A stretch of 64,000 nt of DNA from Octopus sinensis (GCF_006345805.1 NC_043013.1:18352001-18416000); one strand, 5' to 3'. Counted from the stretch's first letter, positions 1 to 12,385 are shown. The notes: generated from the sequence alone by a model not told the origin. Translations and numbers: made by a program.

Positions 1-1154
1 TGTTTGTTGTGCCCACAGCACGGAGGCCAGTCGATGCGGTACTGGCTACGGCCACGTTCGGATGGTTTTCTTGTGTGCCACCGGTACTGGAACCACAAAG
101 ATACAAATTCCATTGATGTTCATCTATTTTGATTTGGTTTGATTTTGATTTTCACTTGCCTCAACAGGTCTTCACAAGTGTCACACGTGTCACACACTTG
201 CCTCAACAGGTCTCCACAAGTGTCACACACTTGCCTCTGCCTCAACAGGTCTTCGCAAAGTGTCACACACTTGCCTCTGCCTCAACAAGTCTTCACAAGT
301 GTCACACACTTGCCTCAACAGGTCTTCACAAGTGTCATAAGAGGGAAGGTATGCACAGGTGGACTGACTACGTCGCCGGGTCTTCGGATGGTGTTTTTAT
401 GTGCCACCGACACAGGTGCCAGATGAGGCTGGTGAACGGCCACGATCAGATGGTGTTTGTTGTGCCCACAGCACGGAGGCCAGTCGATGCAGTACTGGCT
501 ACGGCCACGTTCGGATGGTTTTCTTGTGTGCCACTGGTACTGGAACCACAAAGATACAAATTCCATTGATGTTCATCTATTTTGATTTGGTTTGATTTTG
601 ATTTTCACTTGCCTCAACAGGTCTTCACAAGTGTCACACGTGTCACACACTTGCCTCAACAGGTCTCCACAAGTGTCACACACTTGCCTCTGCCTCAACA
701 GGTCTTCACAAAGTGTTACACACTTGCCTCTGCCTCAACAGGTCTTCACAAGTGTCACACACTTGCCTCAACAGGTCTTCACAAGTGTCATAAGAGGGAA
801 GGTATGCACAGGTGGACTGACTACGTCGCCGGGTCTTCGGATGGTGTCTTTATGTGCCACCGACACAGGTGCCAGATGAGGCTGGCGAACGGCCACGATC
901 GGATGGTGTTTGTTGTGCCCACAGCACGGAGGCCAGTCGATGCGGTACTGGCTACGGCCACGTTTGGGTGGTTTTCTTGTGTGCCACCGGCACTGGTACC
1001 ACAAAGAATACAATTCCACTGATGTTCATCTATTTTGATTTGTTTTGATTTGATTTTCACTTGCCTCAACAGGTCTTCATAAGTGTCACAAGAAGGAAGG
1101 TATGCACAGGAGGACTGACTACGTCCCAGGTAGGGACCACGGGTTACGGCCTGA
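1..1154 (-). repeat. 453-bp tandem repeat (about 2.5 units, running off the window edge) derived from the RTE 3' UTR, with an internal 33-39-bp subrepeat
   Basis: tgtttgttgtgcccacagc recurs at 1, 454 and 907. Each unit holds about 5 copies of cacacttgcctcaacaggtcttcacaagtgtca. The unit matches the sequence just downstream of the RTE stop codon (1055-1173). Confidence 0.9.
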
Positions 1155-3957
1155 CTAGTCTTGCCGGGTCTTCTCACGCACAGCATACTTCCATAGGTCT
1201 CGGTCTCTAGACATTTCCTTAGTGAGACCTAAAGTTCGAAGGTCGTGCTTCACCACCTCGTCCCAGGTTTTCCTGGGTCTACCTCTTCCACAGGTTCCCT
1301 CAACTGCTAGGGTGTAGCACTTTTGCACACAACTATCTTCAGCCTTTCTCGTCACATGACCATTCCAGTGCAGCCGTCTCTCTTGCACACCACAACTGAC
1401 GCTTCTTAGGTTCAACTTTTCTCTCAAGGAACTTACACTCTGACGATTATGAACACTGACATTACACATCCATCGGAGCATACTGGCTTCATTTCTTGCG
1501 AGCTTACGCATATCCTCAGCAGTCACGGCCCATGTTTCACTACCATGTAGCATGGCTGTACGTACACATGCATCATACAGTCTGCCTTTTACTCTGAGCG
1601 AGAGGCCTTTTGTCACCAGCAGGGGTAAGAGCTCTCTAAACTTTGCCCAGGCTATTCTTACTCTAGCAGTTACACTTTCAGCACACCCACCCCCGCTACT
1701 GACTTGGTCTCCTAGGTAGCGGAAGCTATCAACTACTTCTAGTTTGTCTCCCTGGAACGTGGCAGAAGTTGGTCTCTGCACATTTCCAGTGTTTATTGCT
1801 CCTGAGCATTTGCCACAGACAAAAACTATTTTCCTAGTTAGCCTTCCTTTGACATTGCTGCACCTCTTATGTGTCCATAGCTTACACTTGGTGCATCTTA
1901 TAGAGTTTCTACCTACACCTTTTTTACAGATCGAGCAGGGCCATCTACCTGAAGGCGTTTGTGATTGATCTACCTTCCTACTTATTAGGACTTTGGTTTT
2001 GGCTAGGTTGATTCTAAGGCCCTTCGATTCTAATCCTTGTTTCCACACCTGAAACTTCTCCTCCAGTTCTGATAGTGACTCAGCAATTAGAGCAAGGTCA
2101 TCAGCATAGAGGAGCTCCCAGGGGCAACCTGTCTTGAATTCCTCCGTTATTGCCTGGAGGACTATGATAAATAGGAGGGGACTGAGGACTGAACCTTGGT
2201 GGACCCCAACCTCTACCCGGAATTCTTCACTGTACTCGTTGCCAACCCTCACCTTACTAGCAGCGTCTCTGTACATGGCTTGCACAGCTCTCACCAACCA
2301 TTCATCTATCCCTAGTTTCCTCATTGACCACCAGATAAGGGATCGGGGGACCCTGTCAAAGGCTTTCTCCAAGTCAACAAAAGCCAGGTACAAGGGATTA
2401 TCTTTGGCTAGGTATTTCTCATGCAGCTGTCTTACCAGGAATATAGCATCAGTAGTACTTTTCCATGGCACGAACCCAAACTGCATATCATCTAAGCTAA
2501 CTCTCTCTCTAATTAGTTGGGCTATAACCCTCTCCGTAACCTTCATTACCTGATCCAGCAGCTTGATGCCCCTGTAGTTATTTGTCTCTAGGGCGTCGCC
2601 TTTACCTTTGTAGCAGTTGACTATTATGCTGCTACACCAGTCATTGGGTATGACCCCCTCGTGTATCACCTGGTTAACTATACGGGTGACTAAGCTATAG
2701 CCGACACCACCAGATATTTTGAGCATCTCTGCAGTAATTCCTGATGGGCCTGGGGCTTTCCCTGTTTTCATGCTTCTAATTGCCTTATCTACTAAGGAAC
2801 TGTTAACTCGGATTGCTGGTCCCTCTGTTGGGTCGACATTCGGCAGACTCTCTTTATCCCATTCATTTTCTTCATTCAGCAACTTATCATAGTGGCGTCT
2901 CCAAGCCTCTCTCTTTGCATCCTCATTAAGCGCAAGTGAACCGTCATCCTTGCGAACACATTTCTCTCCTACCACGTCACGATTCTCTCTCACACACTGT
3001 CTTGCAACACGAAATACCTCAAGTCTTTCATCCTCACGACGCAGGACATTGGCAAATTTTTCCTTATCTGCCTCCCCTCTGGCTAGATAGACCTGTCTCC
3101 TGGCTTCCCTTCTGGCAGACTGATACACTTCCCTGCTACCACCGTTCTTCCAGGCCTTCCAAGCCTGTTTCTTTTGTCTAATAGTCCTGTCAACAATATT
3201 GTTCCACCACCACGTTATTTTGGGTCTTAAGGGGACTTTGCACCAGCCACAGATCTGGTCAGCGGCTTTCAGCAGGTTGTCCCTCAGAAGCGTCCAGTTG
3301 TCTTCTACCCCATGCGTAGCTATACTCCCTTCCATTTCGTCTAAGGCTTCAAATAACATATCTCTAAATCTCTGTCCATTCGCAGGGTCTTTAAGCTTCC
3401 AGATCCTTCTTCTCCATGTTGGTCGTCTTCTAGTCGCCCTCTTAGTCCTGATCCTAAAGTCACTAACTACCAGTCTATGTTGTGGGGTGCATTCTTCACC
3501 TGGGAAGGTTTTGGCATTTATAAGCAGCCATCTTTCCCTTTTTCTGGCAAGGATGTAGTCGATTTGGCTAGTATGCCGGCCCGATCGGTAGGTGACCAGG
3601 TGGCTTATCGGTTTCCTGAAGTTAGTGTTGCAAATCATAAGACTATTCGCATCGCAGAACTCCAGCAGCCTGGTTCCCTCCTCGTTGCGGGAACCATAAC
3701 CGTAGCCTCCATGCACGCCATGGGAGCCCCCAGCACATCGTCCAACATGCCCATTGAAGTCACCAGCCACAAAGAGAAGGTCCCTGTCGTTCGTCAATGA
3801 TGTGGTCTGCAGTAGGGTGTCATAGAAACAGTCTTTCTGTCCATCAGGTAGCCCTGGCTGAGGGGCATAGGCTGATATAATAGTTGCTAAACTATGATGG
3901 AGCACTAATCTAATCTTAATTATTCTGTCACTTACTCTGACTACCTCGATTACCTTA
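1155..3957 (-). mobile_element. RTE-clade non-LTR retrotransposon, 5'-truncated, uninterrupted APE endonuclease + reverse transcriptase frame
   Basis: APE motifs (SAYAPQ, VAGDFNGHVG, SQIDYIL, QHRLVV). RT motifs (KAPGPSG, NYRGIKLL, FVDLEKAFDRV, GVHQGSVLSP, LYADD, FRYLG). RTE-type C-terminus (GRGRPRKTW). No stops over about 930 codons. Confidence 0.97.
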
Positions 3958-4195
3958 TGTATATATATATATATATATGTGTGTGTATATGTTTGTGTGT
4001 CTGTGTTTGTCCTCCCAACATCGCTTGACAACCAATGCTGGTGTGTTTACGTCCCCGTAACTTAGCAGTTTGGCAAAAGAGACTGATAGAATAAGTACTA
4101 GGCTTACGAGGAATAAGTCTTGGGGTTGAGTTGCTTAACTAAAGGCAGTGCTCCAGCATGGCCATAGTCAAATAACTGAAACAAGTTGGAATTTT
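3958..4195 (+). mobile_element. SINE family A, 3' half, abutting the RTE 5' truncation
   Basis: Matches the 3' half of the full copy at 13383-13806 (cttgacaacc...gtgctccagcatggcc...actgaaacaag). Confidence 0.85.
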
Positions 4196-4597
4196 TTTTC
4201 AGCAAAGGTGTTTTTGACAAGTTTTATATGTATATTTTGGAGAGAGTATATGAGTGATGTTGAGGTCTTGGAGTTAGTAAATGTTGTCTTTATAGAGGTT
4301 TTCTTGTGATGGAGCAGGCTGAAGTGGTTGAGCAGGACATGTTGTTTGTATGGGACAAGAAAGAATTCTCTGTGGAGAAATATATCAATGGAAAGCGCCT
4401 CATTAAAAGCCAAAGATAAAATACACAAAAAAAAAGACAACTCTATCTTAATTATGACTAGAAAATGGCAATATTTTTATGGAAGGAAAATAATTGCATT
4501 GGCAGTGCACCATGGAAGAAAAACTACATTCGTTATGTCCATCCCATTTGAAAAGGTGCAAAACTGAAACAAGACTCAAGAAGGAAAAAGAAAAAAA

Positions 4598-4750
4598 CCC
4601 ACGATGGGCTTCTTTCAGTTTCCGGCTACCAAATCCACTCACAAAGCTTTGGTCAGTCTGAGGCTATAGTAGAAGACATCTGCCCAAGGTGCCACACAGT
4701 GGGATTGAACCTGGAACCATGTGGTTGGGAAGCAAACCATGCCTGTGCTT
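4598..4750 (-). mobile_element. SINE family A, 5' half
   Basis: Reverse complement of the family A head (ttctttcagtttcc...aaatccactcacaa...tgcccaaggtgccac...gaacctggaaccatgtgg). Confidence 0.8.
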
Positions 4751-5144
4751 GTTCACATTTCAAAAGCTTCTAGTTTGTCAGATAGAGTTTTTATCAATGT
4801 CTGTTTTTTGTGCATGTACCATTCAATGGTTCATGAACTGAAACAATCTTTGTCACATAAGGGGCCATACGTCTGCAAGTTATGCAATATATGATGTGCT
4901 TTCATTTTGGGCGATTTCGTCTGAAGAGACACACGTATCTTATACACACTTTTCGTTGTCATGGTTCTGAATTGCATTTAACCGAGAAGAGATATATTTA
5001 TGTGATGGCTTTAGTAAAAGGCACAAATCCTCAAATGGGTTTTAAAAGAAAAAGATCACTTTTACTTTCCAAGCCATTAACTAGCAATTCATTGTTGGAC
5101 TGACTTTAATCATATATAAATATATACATACACACATTACCCAT

Positions 5145-5197
<53 letters not shown>

Positions 5198-5914
5198 ATG
5201 CACAACACACACAAAGTACACTCACACACGTATCCACAAATCCACTTCAGCTGTATCGCCGATGCACACCCTATACACAACGCATATATAAATACACTCT
5301 CATATTCACACACTCACCTACGCACACATTACCCCTATACACCCTTACACATCACACACACATCACATACACACACACCACCCACATTTCACAATATGAC
5401 AACAAGCAAAGCAATATTACTGAAACTGGTTCACTTGTCTCTCTTTATCTGTTATTTATCCAAATATGACCACCAGCACTGGCACTAATCAATCACTGTA
5501 TTTCTATTAATATTGATCAATTAATATAAATAAAAATAAAAATCAATGATAAATAATCTGCCCGTTGCCTGGTAAAGGGCAAAACGAAGTGGTTGATTGA
5601 CTTGCTAGAAATAACACCTAAATCTTCATTGAATCACATTTCATTGTCATAAAGGAGAAGAGAGACTTATTAAATATGAAAGCAAGCTTGGTTGTGAAGT
5701 TTAGAAATATGTGGTTCTGGGTTCAATCTCACTGCTATCACTGAGTACACATCTACTGCAATAGCCTTTAGAAGACTCAAACATTGTGAACGAGATTGGA
5801 GAGATGGAAACTGTATGGAAGCCTGCTGAATGAACTGCATTTGTTCTTGGATTGCAATTGACACTTAAATGTGTCACCTGGTATAACACTCAAATCACCA
5901 CCACCATTACCTTT

Positions 5915-6180
5915 TACTCTACTCCCTCTCCCCCTGTCACCAACATGACCACCACGACCACTACCACCACCACAACAACTATCACAACGACGACGATGAT
6001 GACGATGACGACGATGACGATGACGATAATGACGATGATGACGACAACGACAATGATGACCACTATCTCCACTGGCATCACAATGACAATGATGACAACG
6101 ACAACCACTTGCACTGCTATCACCACCGCCGCCGCCGCCACCGCCACAACCACCACCACCACCACCACCACCACTACGAG
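5915..6180. repeat. Compound trinucleotide microsatellite (ACC/GAT/GAC/CAC)
   Basis: Visible trinucleotide runs. Confidence 0.9.
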
Positions 6181-6199
6181 ACCGCCATCGCTACCTAGA

Positions 6200-6350
6200 G
6201 TTCAGTCAGTATTTATTTATCAACACTCCGAAAGGCTCGAAAGGCAAAGTCGACCTCAGCGACATTTGAACTGAGAACATAGGGAGCCGGAAAAAATGCT
6301 GCAAAGTATTTTGTCCCTTGTGCTAACGACTCTGCTAGTTCGTTGCCTTA
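6200..6350 (-). mobile_element. SINE family B, degenerate
   Basis: gaaaggcaaagtcgacctcagcgacatttgaactgagaac is the reverse complement of the family B core. Confidence 0.65.
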
Positions 6351-6444
6351 ATGATAATGATGATGATGATAATGATGAGGAAGAGTTGTTGGTGGTGGTG
6401 GTGGCGACAGTGCTGATGATAATGCTGTTGGTAATGGCAAAGAA

Positions 6445-7775
6445 AGAGTTAACCCACCTTTTCGCGGATCCTGGCAGCAAACAGAGTGCCTTATAGGTGG
6501 CTTTCCTCCCTTCCACGATATGCGGAAGAGGAGTGGCTCCAACTTGTTCGGCCATGAGTTGGGGCAAGGGACAATGGTCAGGCGGTAGGTGATTACAGAT
6601 GCAATAAACACCTGTACCACCTCTGCCCTTCCTTTCAGGGAGAGAGAGACCTTCCGGACCAGGTCTGGACTAGGTCCTCCACCCTGTCTGCCACCTCACT
6701 CCATTTCTTCTCCATCTGGGAGTCCGGTCCAAATCAAACTCCAAGCAACTTAACAGGACCATCTGTCCAGTGACCCATAACACTGGACGATATCGACTTG
6801 CTCCTCCAGGTGCTGAGGCACAAGCTGATGGACTTGTCCTTGTTAACTTTTGGCCCTGCCACTGCCTCGTATCCTCTGATAGCCTCCTCTACACAAGGTA
6901 GCTGAGCCTCATTGGACAATATGATGGTGATATCATCTGCGTAAGCAGATACTGACTTACCGCAACCGATTTCATTGGGGGCATTCCCCAAATTCTCCAA
7001 CTTCTGCAGTAATGGCTCAAGAGCCAACACATACAGAAACGGAGACAAGGGACACCCTTGACAAACTGAACGCTTGATCGAAAATGGCTCTGACAGGTAG
7101 CTGTTTATCTGGGCTGTGGATTTGATGCCGCTATACATGGCGGAGTTCCAACCATGGAAGTTAGGGCCCAGCCCAGCCGCTTTGAGGACCACTGCCAGGT
7201 ACTGATGGTCTACCCTATCAAACGCTTTATTTTAGTCTAAATGGACCAGTGCCCAACCTTTGCTGGTTAATTTACCTAACCTGTCTAAGGTGTAGCAGAT
7301 AAGGTGAAGATTGTCCTGCTTTGACCTGCCTGGGATGGCGCAAGTCTGCGCCTTCCCTACAAGTTTCTCCATGACACACGTCAGCCTTTTAATTAATACC
7401 TGGACGAAAATCTTTAACTCTACATTGAGTAGAGTTATGGGCCCGTAATTACTTATAATATCCCCCTTGATCTGGTCCTTATGGATCAGCATCACCACTC
7501 CCCAACTCACAGAGATGGGAATTCTCCCATTCTGTTGCCAGTTTGTGTAGATGCTGGCCAGCAGGTCCCTGAACAAGTCCGGCATGCTATGATAAATCTC
7601 ATAAGGTAGACCATCCAGCCCTGGCGACTTTTCCCAGGTGCACTCAGCCAACGCCTCTTTGGCCTCCACAGCACCTTGCCTCCCGTGCTGAGAGTCATGG
7701 CCAACCGGTAAAGAAGCCCTTTAGGGACTCCCCATGCTCTAGTGCATCGCCCTGCCCGAACAACCGTGTGAAATG
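6445..7775 (-). mobile_element. Tx1/L1-clade LINE ORF2 fragment (RT), frameshifted
   Basis: KSPGLDGLPYEIY, YGPITLLNVELKI, QTCAIPGR, SVCQGCPLSPFLYVLALEPLL, AYADDITI, LSLKGRAEV, RKGGL across several frames. Confidence 0.9.
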
Positions 7776-8237
7776 GTTTAGATAGCTTAATTGTTTCCAG
7801 TTATGTCGGGGAAGCCGCATGTTGCTGCATCACTAGCTTGTAATCTCCTTGCAATATATCTCTCCCAGTGTGTAATTGTTGCTGTTGTTATCTGTAAAAG
7901 ACCAACGCAGTTTTGAATTTAGGTGCGATAATAAAATCTTCTGTTAAATGTTCGCATGTGTTGTTCAGTTACTTCTACACGCAGCCCAAGAAATATTTTT
8001 ATTCATGAACTGAATCAGCCACCACAGCTGACATCAGCAGCAGCAGCCGTTCAAGAATTTGGACCTGGAGATCTCCATTTCCAGCGACTTCGAGGGCCAC
8101 CTCCCAGTGGTGTCGGGCATCAATGAAGAATCCTCGACTACAACAAGACGACCAAAGTTTTTTTTTTCCAAGGTCTGGGGTCTCCTGCCCCTAAGCCCTA
8201 GACCATCACCTAATCACCCTTACCAGTCTTATTATTT

Positions 8238-8283
<46 letters not shown>

Positions 8284-8699
8284 CTCAGCAGCAGCAACAT
8301 CCGAGTGACATTGGTGACCAATTATTACGACTACAACGAGAAGATCAAAGGCGGCAAAAGATGTCACAGATGCAATGCTTACCACCACAACCCCTGCTTC
8401 TGCAAGCTATGATGTTGAGAACACTATTAGCTTAGGTTCATTTTTTGTTTTATCCTTCAACACCAAGGAAACTCTTTTCTTTCGAATGTGGTTATGGAGT
8501 GAAGTTGATCTTGAACTTCTCCAAGTTTGCTATAACGTCCAGTATCCTTTCATTCGCGTGGTTTCAACAAATTTGTGTTTAAAGAATGACAACTTCCCAT
8601 GATATTCTGGATATTTCCTCTTCAAATACTTCTAATATAGGAGCTTGTCTTTTTATTATCCTCTCTTCCATCTCCTTTCAAATGGAGAGCTTTCGTATG

Positions 8700-9050
8700 G
8701 CGACTGAAAAGGGAATTCAGTCACTGACAGACATGCGTAATGGCAGCTGCCTCATTATTTGCACGCTCTACTCTCATGGCCAAAGCACTTTAACAAATCG
8801 TTCATTCAACGCATTCAACTGTGTCTTTTCAAATTAGCAGCACAGATGGGAAAAACCAGCTACTTTCATTTGTCAATAAACTCATGCCATTCTAGGAAGG
8901 AAGACCACTTGATCATGTACGCCATGTTCCAACCAAAAACCAACGTATTGTATATCAACACAGATGAATACTAGACAGCAAGACTCAGGGAACTCCTTGA
9001 TTATATTTCACAGTTTACTGTGGGTATACGGCATATCAAGGCCGCTGAAA
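8700..9050 (+). mobile_element. Highly decayed Gypsy-type LTR retrotransposon RNase H remnant
   Basis: 8990-9049 translates as LLDYISQFTVGIRHIKAAE, resembling the Gypsy RNase H C-terminal motif LDYISQFxxDIRHIKG. An F(L)EGRP-like stretch lies upstream near 8900. Confidence 0.45.
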
Positions 9051-9224
9051 AATTTATTCGGCAGAAATAGCAACTAACGTGGACCACACAGTCGCATTTT
9101 GCAGCCCAACAACTGGCAACACAACAACTAAGTGTAACCTGTTTTGCACGCATGACTTAGCAGAAGAGACTTGTTGATGACTTAATTCCGTGCATGTTTT
9201 TATGTTTACTTTTCATCATCATCA

Positions 9225-9291
9225 TCACCACCACCACCACCACCACCACCACCATCATCATCGTCACCATCACCATCACCACCACACCACC

Positions 9292-9354
<63 letters not shown>

Positions 9355-9357
9355 GTT
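9225..9357. repeat. (CAC)n/(CAT)n microsatellite
   Basis: Visible trinucleotide runs. Confidence 0.95.
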
Positions 9358-9400
9358 GTTTAACGTCCACCATTCTGACAGTGTATTATTATTATTATTG

Positions 9401-9959
9401 TTATTGAGTGAGAGAGCAGTTCATGCCATCAAAGTGACACTGGGGTAAAATATACGAAGCTCAATATACCCATCATGACTACCCGTCTGATAAGGGTACA
9501 CCAGGCACATGCTTCACAACCATATGTGCGCGACATGGTGATCTCATATCAAGATAAACAGCACATGACCTTGCAGGTGGGGCCCAGTTAGAATTTTCTT
9601 CAGGTTGAGTAGCCCATCCCGCTCAAAAGGTCCCTGAATAAGGGTTGTTTGAGGATGTTGAAAGAACCACCCATGTTTCCAGAGGTGAACTATTCAAACC
9701 CCAAAGAATCCCTCTCAACACATGGCTATGATGCTCCCCCACTACTTCTGCTCGTGATCAGAGATGCACATATCGTCAGCCACTAAGGGACAAGCTCAAC
9801 TGGTTAAGGTCAAACAACTGACAAGAAAATCTGTGGTATTGAGCAGAATATTTGCTGTAGCCCATCTTTTATACCAAGACAAAACAATGTACATGATAAC
9901 ACTTCCAATCAGTTAAGATCAGAAGCCATGAGAGCCACTGCCTGGTACTGCATCAGGGC

Positions 9960-9960
<1 letters not shown>
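9401..9960 (-). mobile_element. Non-coding retroelement 3' end embedded in an (AAT)n microsatellite (possibly an R4/Dong-type 3' UTR)
   Basis: 9401-9544 is the reverse complement of 34751-34896. Both copies have a long (AAT)n on the 5' side and a short AAT tail. Confidence 0.6.
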
Positions 9961-10050
<90 letters not shown>

Positions 10051-10274
10051 TACTATTATTATTATTATTATAATTCCATTCGCAAAGTTCAAGTAAATTC
10101 TAGGTTATGTTGGAGGGTAATTGTCAAATTTGTTGAGCAGTAGAATCAAAATTAGACCCATGTAATTACGAAGCAAATTTTATGACAACACAGTCATAAA
10201 AATGATTGGTGTCAATCAGTATGACAGGCAGCCGTCATAGTGATTATATATATATGAGTATGTGTGTGTATGTG

Positions 10275-10313
<39 letters not shown>

Positions 10314-10576
10314 CCACCCACATACACATAGATATATACATGTTTAAATACATACATTCATGCATTCACACATGCACATAGATATGGGAGAGGAGAGGAG
10401 GGAGAGAGAGAGAAGATGGGGAAGAAGGTATGTCAGGGTGAAGTGGTGGAGAGGACTACATAAGGTGATTGGGCAGGTAGACCTGTAAGAGTGCAGAAAG
10501 AATGGGAGGTAAGAGAGAGGTGGACACAGTGAGTGGTGAACGTAGGTGGAGGGTGAGGAGTGTCAGGAAAATGAGT

Positions 10577-10655
<79 letters not shown>

Positions 10656-10945
10656 GTGTGTACACACATAGCAACAATAACAACAATAACAACAACAACC
10701 GTGACTGAGTCCTGAGTTTGATGTTTCAAGATTGACGTCATTGCTTTTGTCTTAATCCCAGTTAATAAAGAGAATTAACATAATTAATTGGCAAAAACAA
10801 CGGATAACAACATTGATCAGAAACGACACCAACGTCAGCATCCAATAATATTAACACCAACAACTACAACATCAACAACAACTACAACAACATGGAAACA
10901 GAAACAACAAAAGACAAAGGGAAAGCAACAACAAAATATATGTTG

Positions 10946-10989
<44 letters not shown>

Positions 10990-10992
<3 letters not shown>

Positions 10993-11190
10993 ACCGCGTG
11001 TGTACCGTTGGCGATTTTTTTCCCCCTCTGTCTTCCCTTCTCTGGATCTTTCCTTCTATGTTTCCGACGAAGAGCTCCGCTCGAAACGTTAAACCCTCCT
11101 TCTTTCCTGAGCGTCCAATAATACTATATTTGTTCAACGTCCTCGCGTTGTTGTGTTTTTTTTTTGTGCTTTCATGTTTGGATTAACTTT
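10990..11190 (+). mobile_element. Penelope-type terminal fragment (family P1) between (TG)n and (TA)n
   Basis: Near-identical inverted copy at 25520-25697. Contains a hammerhead-like motif. Confidence 0.7.
11060..11094 (+). ncRNA. Minimal type I hammerhead-like motif, variant core CCGACGA
   Basis: gttt-CCGACGA-agagc tcc gctc-GAAA-cg-TT-aaac: stem I gttt/aaac, stem II GAGC/GCTC, palindromic stem III ACGT. Confidence 0.6.
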
Positions 11191-11201
11191 ATATATATAT
11201 A

Positions 11202-11261
<60 letters not shown>

Positions 11262-11664
11262 CATTTGCCGTTTCATTAAATTGTTACCCCAAATCCCCAA
11301 AGAATACTTTTCTCCCTCGTGTTCTATCCTTGACCAGCCTAACTCTGCCCCGCCTCTCTCTGTTTTGATAACCATTTGCTTCGCCAACACTCCCCCCCTC
11401 CTCCTCCACCAACCCTATATAAACTGGTGCATGCACTCGGATTCCACTACTTCATTTTAATAACTCCGCTGAAAGAATACGAATCCAGAAGATGCTCTTC
11501 TCTAATTTTGCTATTTCACAATATGACCGCCCTCCCACCCCCACCACCTGTACCGGAAGTCGCTATCCTTTGTCATCCTTTGGTTGTCTCCCATGAACAC
11601 TTCTAAATGCTTAACACCATCCCCACCCCTACTTAGGGTTTATCTCCTATGTAATGTACCTCAT

Positions 11665-12190
11665 TGACGAATGACTGGGACCTTCTCCTCTTTGTGGCTG
11701 GTGACTTCAATGGACATGTTGGACAACATGCAGGGGGCTTCCATGGCGTACATGTAGGCTATGGTTTGGGTTCCTGCAATGAGGAGGGAACCAGGCTGCT
11801 GGAGTTCTGTGATGCAAATAATCTTATGGTTTGCAACACTAACTTCAGGAAACCTGCCAGTCACCTAGTCACCTGCCAATCTGGTAGACACACTAGCCAA
11901 ATTGACTACATCCTCGCCAGAAAAAAAGGGAAAGAGGGCTGCTTATAAATGCCAAAACCTTCCCAAACGAAGAATGTACTCCACAACATAGACTAGTAGT
12001 TAGCGACTTCAGGATCAGGGCTAAATGGATGCCCAGAAGACGAACAGCATGGAGGAGAAGGGTCTGGAAGCTTAAAGATCTTGCAAATGGACAGAGATTT
12101 AGATACGTATTACTCAAAGCATTTGACAAAATAGAGGTGGGGTATAGCGTCACATACATATATATGGAGGAGGGAGATATAGCATCACAT
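11665..12190 (+). mobile_element. RTE fragment (APE region), same family as 1155-3957
   Basis: FVAGDFNGHVG...SQIDYILARK and RRVWKLKD are homologous to the large ORF; frameshifted. Confidence 0.9.
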
Positions 12191-12204
12191 ACATATATCT
12201 ATGT

Positions 12205-12385
12205 GTCTGTGTTTGACAACCAGTGTTGGTGTGTTTGCGACCCTACAACTTAGATGTTTGGCAAAAGACACCGATAAAATAAGTACCAGGCTTAAAAAAT
12301 TAGTCCTGGAACTGATTCTTTTGACTAAAAATTCAAGGCTGTGCTCCAGCATAGCCGCAGTATAATGACTGAAACAAATAAAAAG
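12205..12385 (+). mobile_element. SINE family A, 3' half
   Basis: tgacaaccagtgttggtgtg...gtgctccagcatagccgcag...actgaaac. Confidence 0.75.

Noticed and set aside
1-1154. CRISPR-like array suggested by short repeated units
   Set aside because: No unique spacers, no cas genes and a eukaryotic context. The units derive from the adjacent RTE 3' UTR, and the small ORFs (129-569, 582-1022 etc.) are repeat translations.
3958-4031. N-terminus (MSSDVGRTNTDTQTY...) of the 958-aa ORF as a real protein start
   Set aside because: It begins at TTG inside an antisense SINE and (TA)n. The true RTE 5' part is missing.
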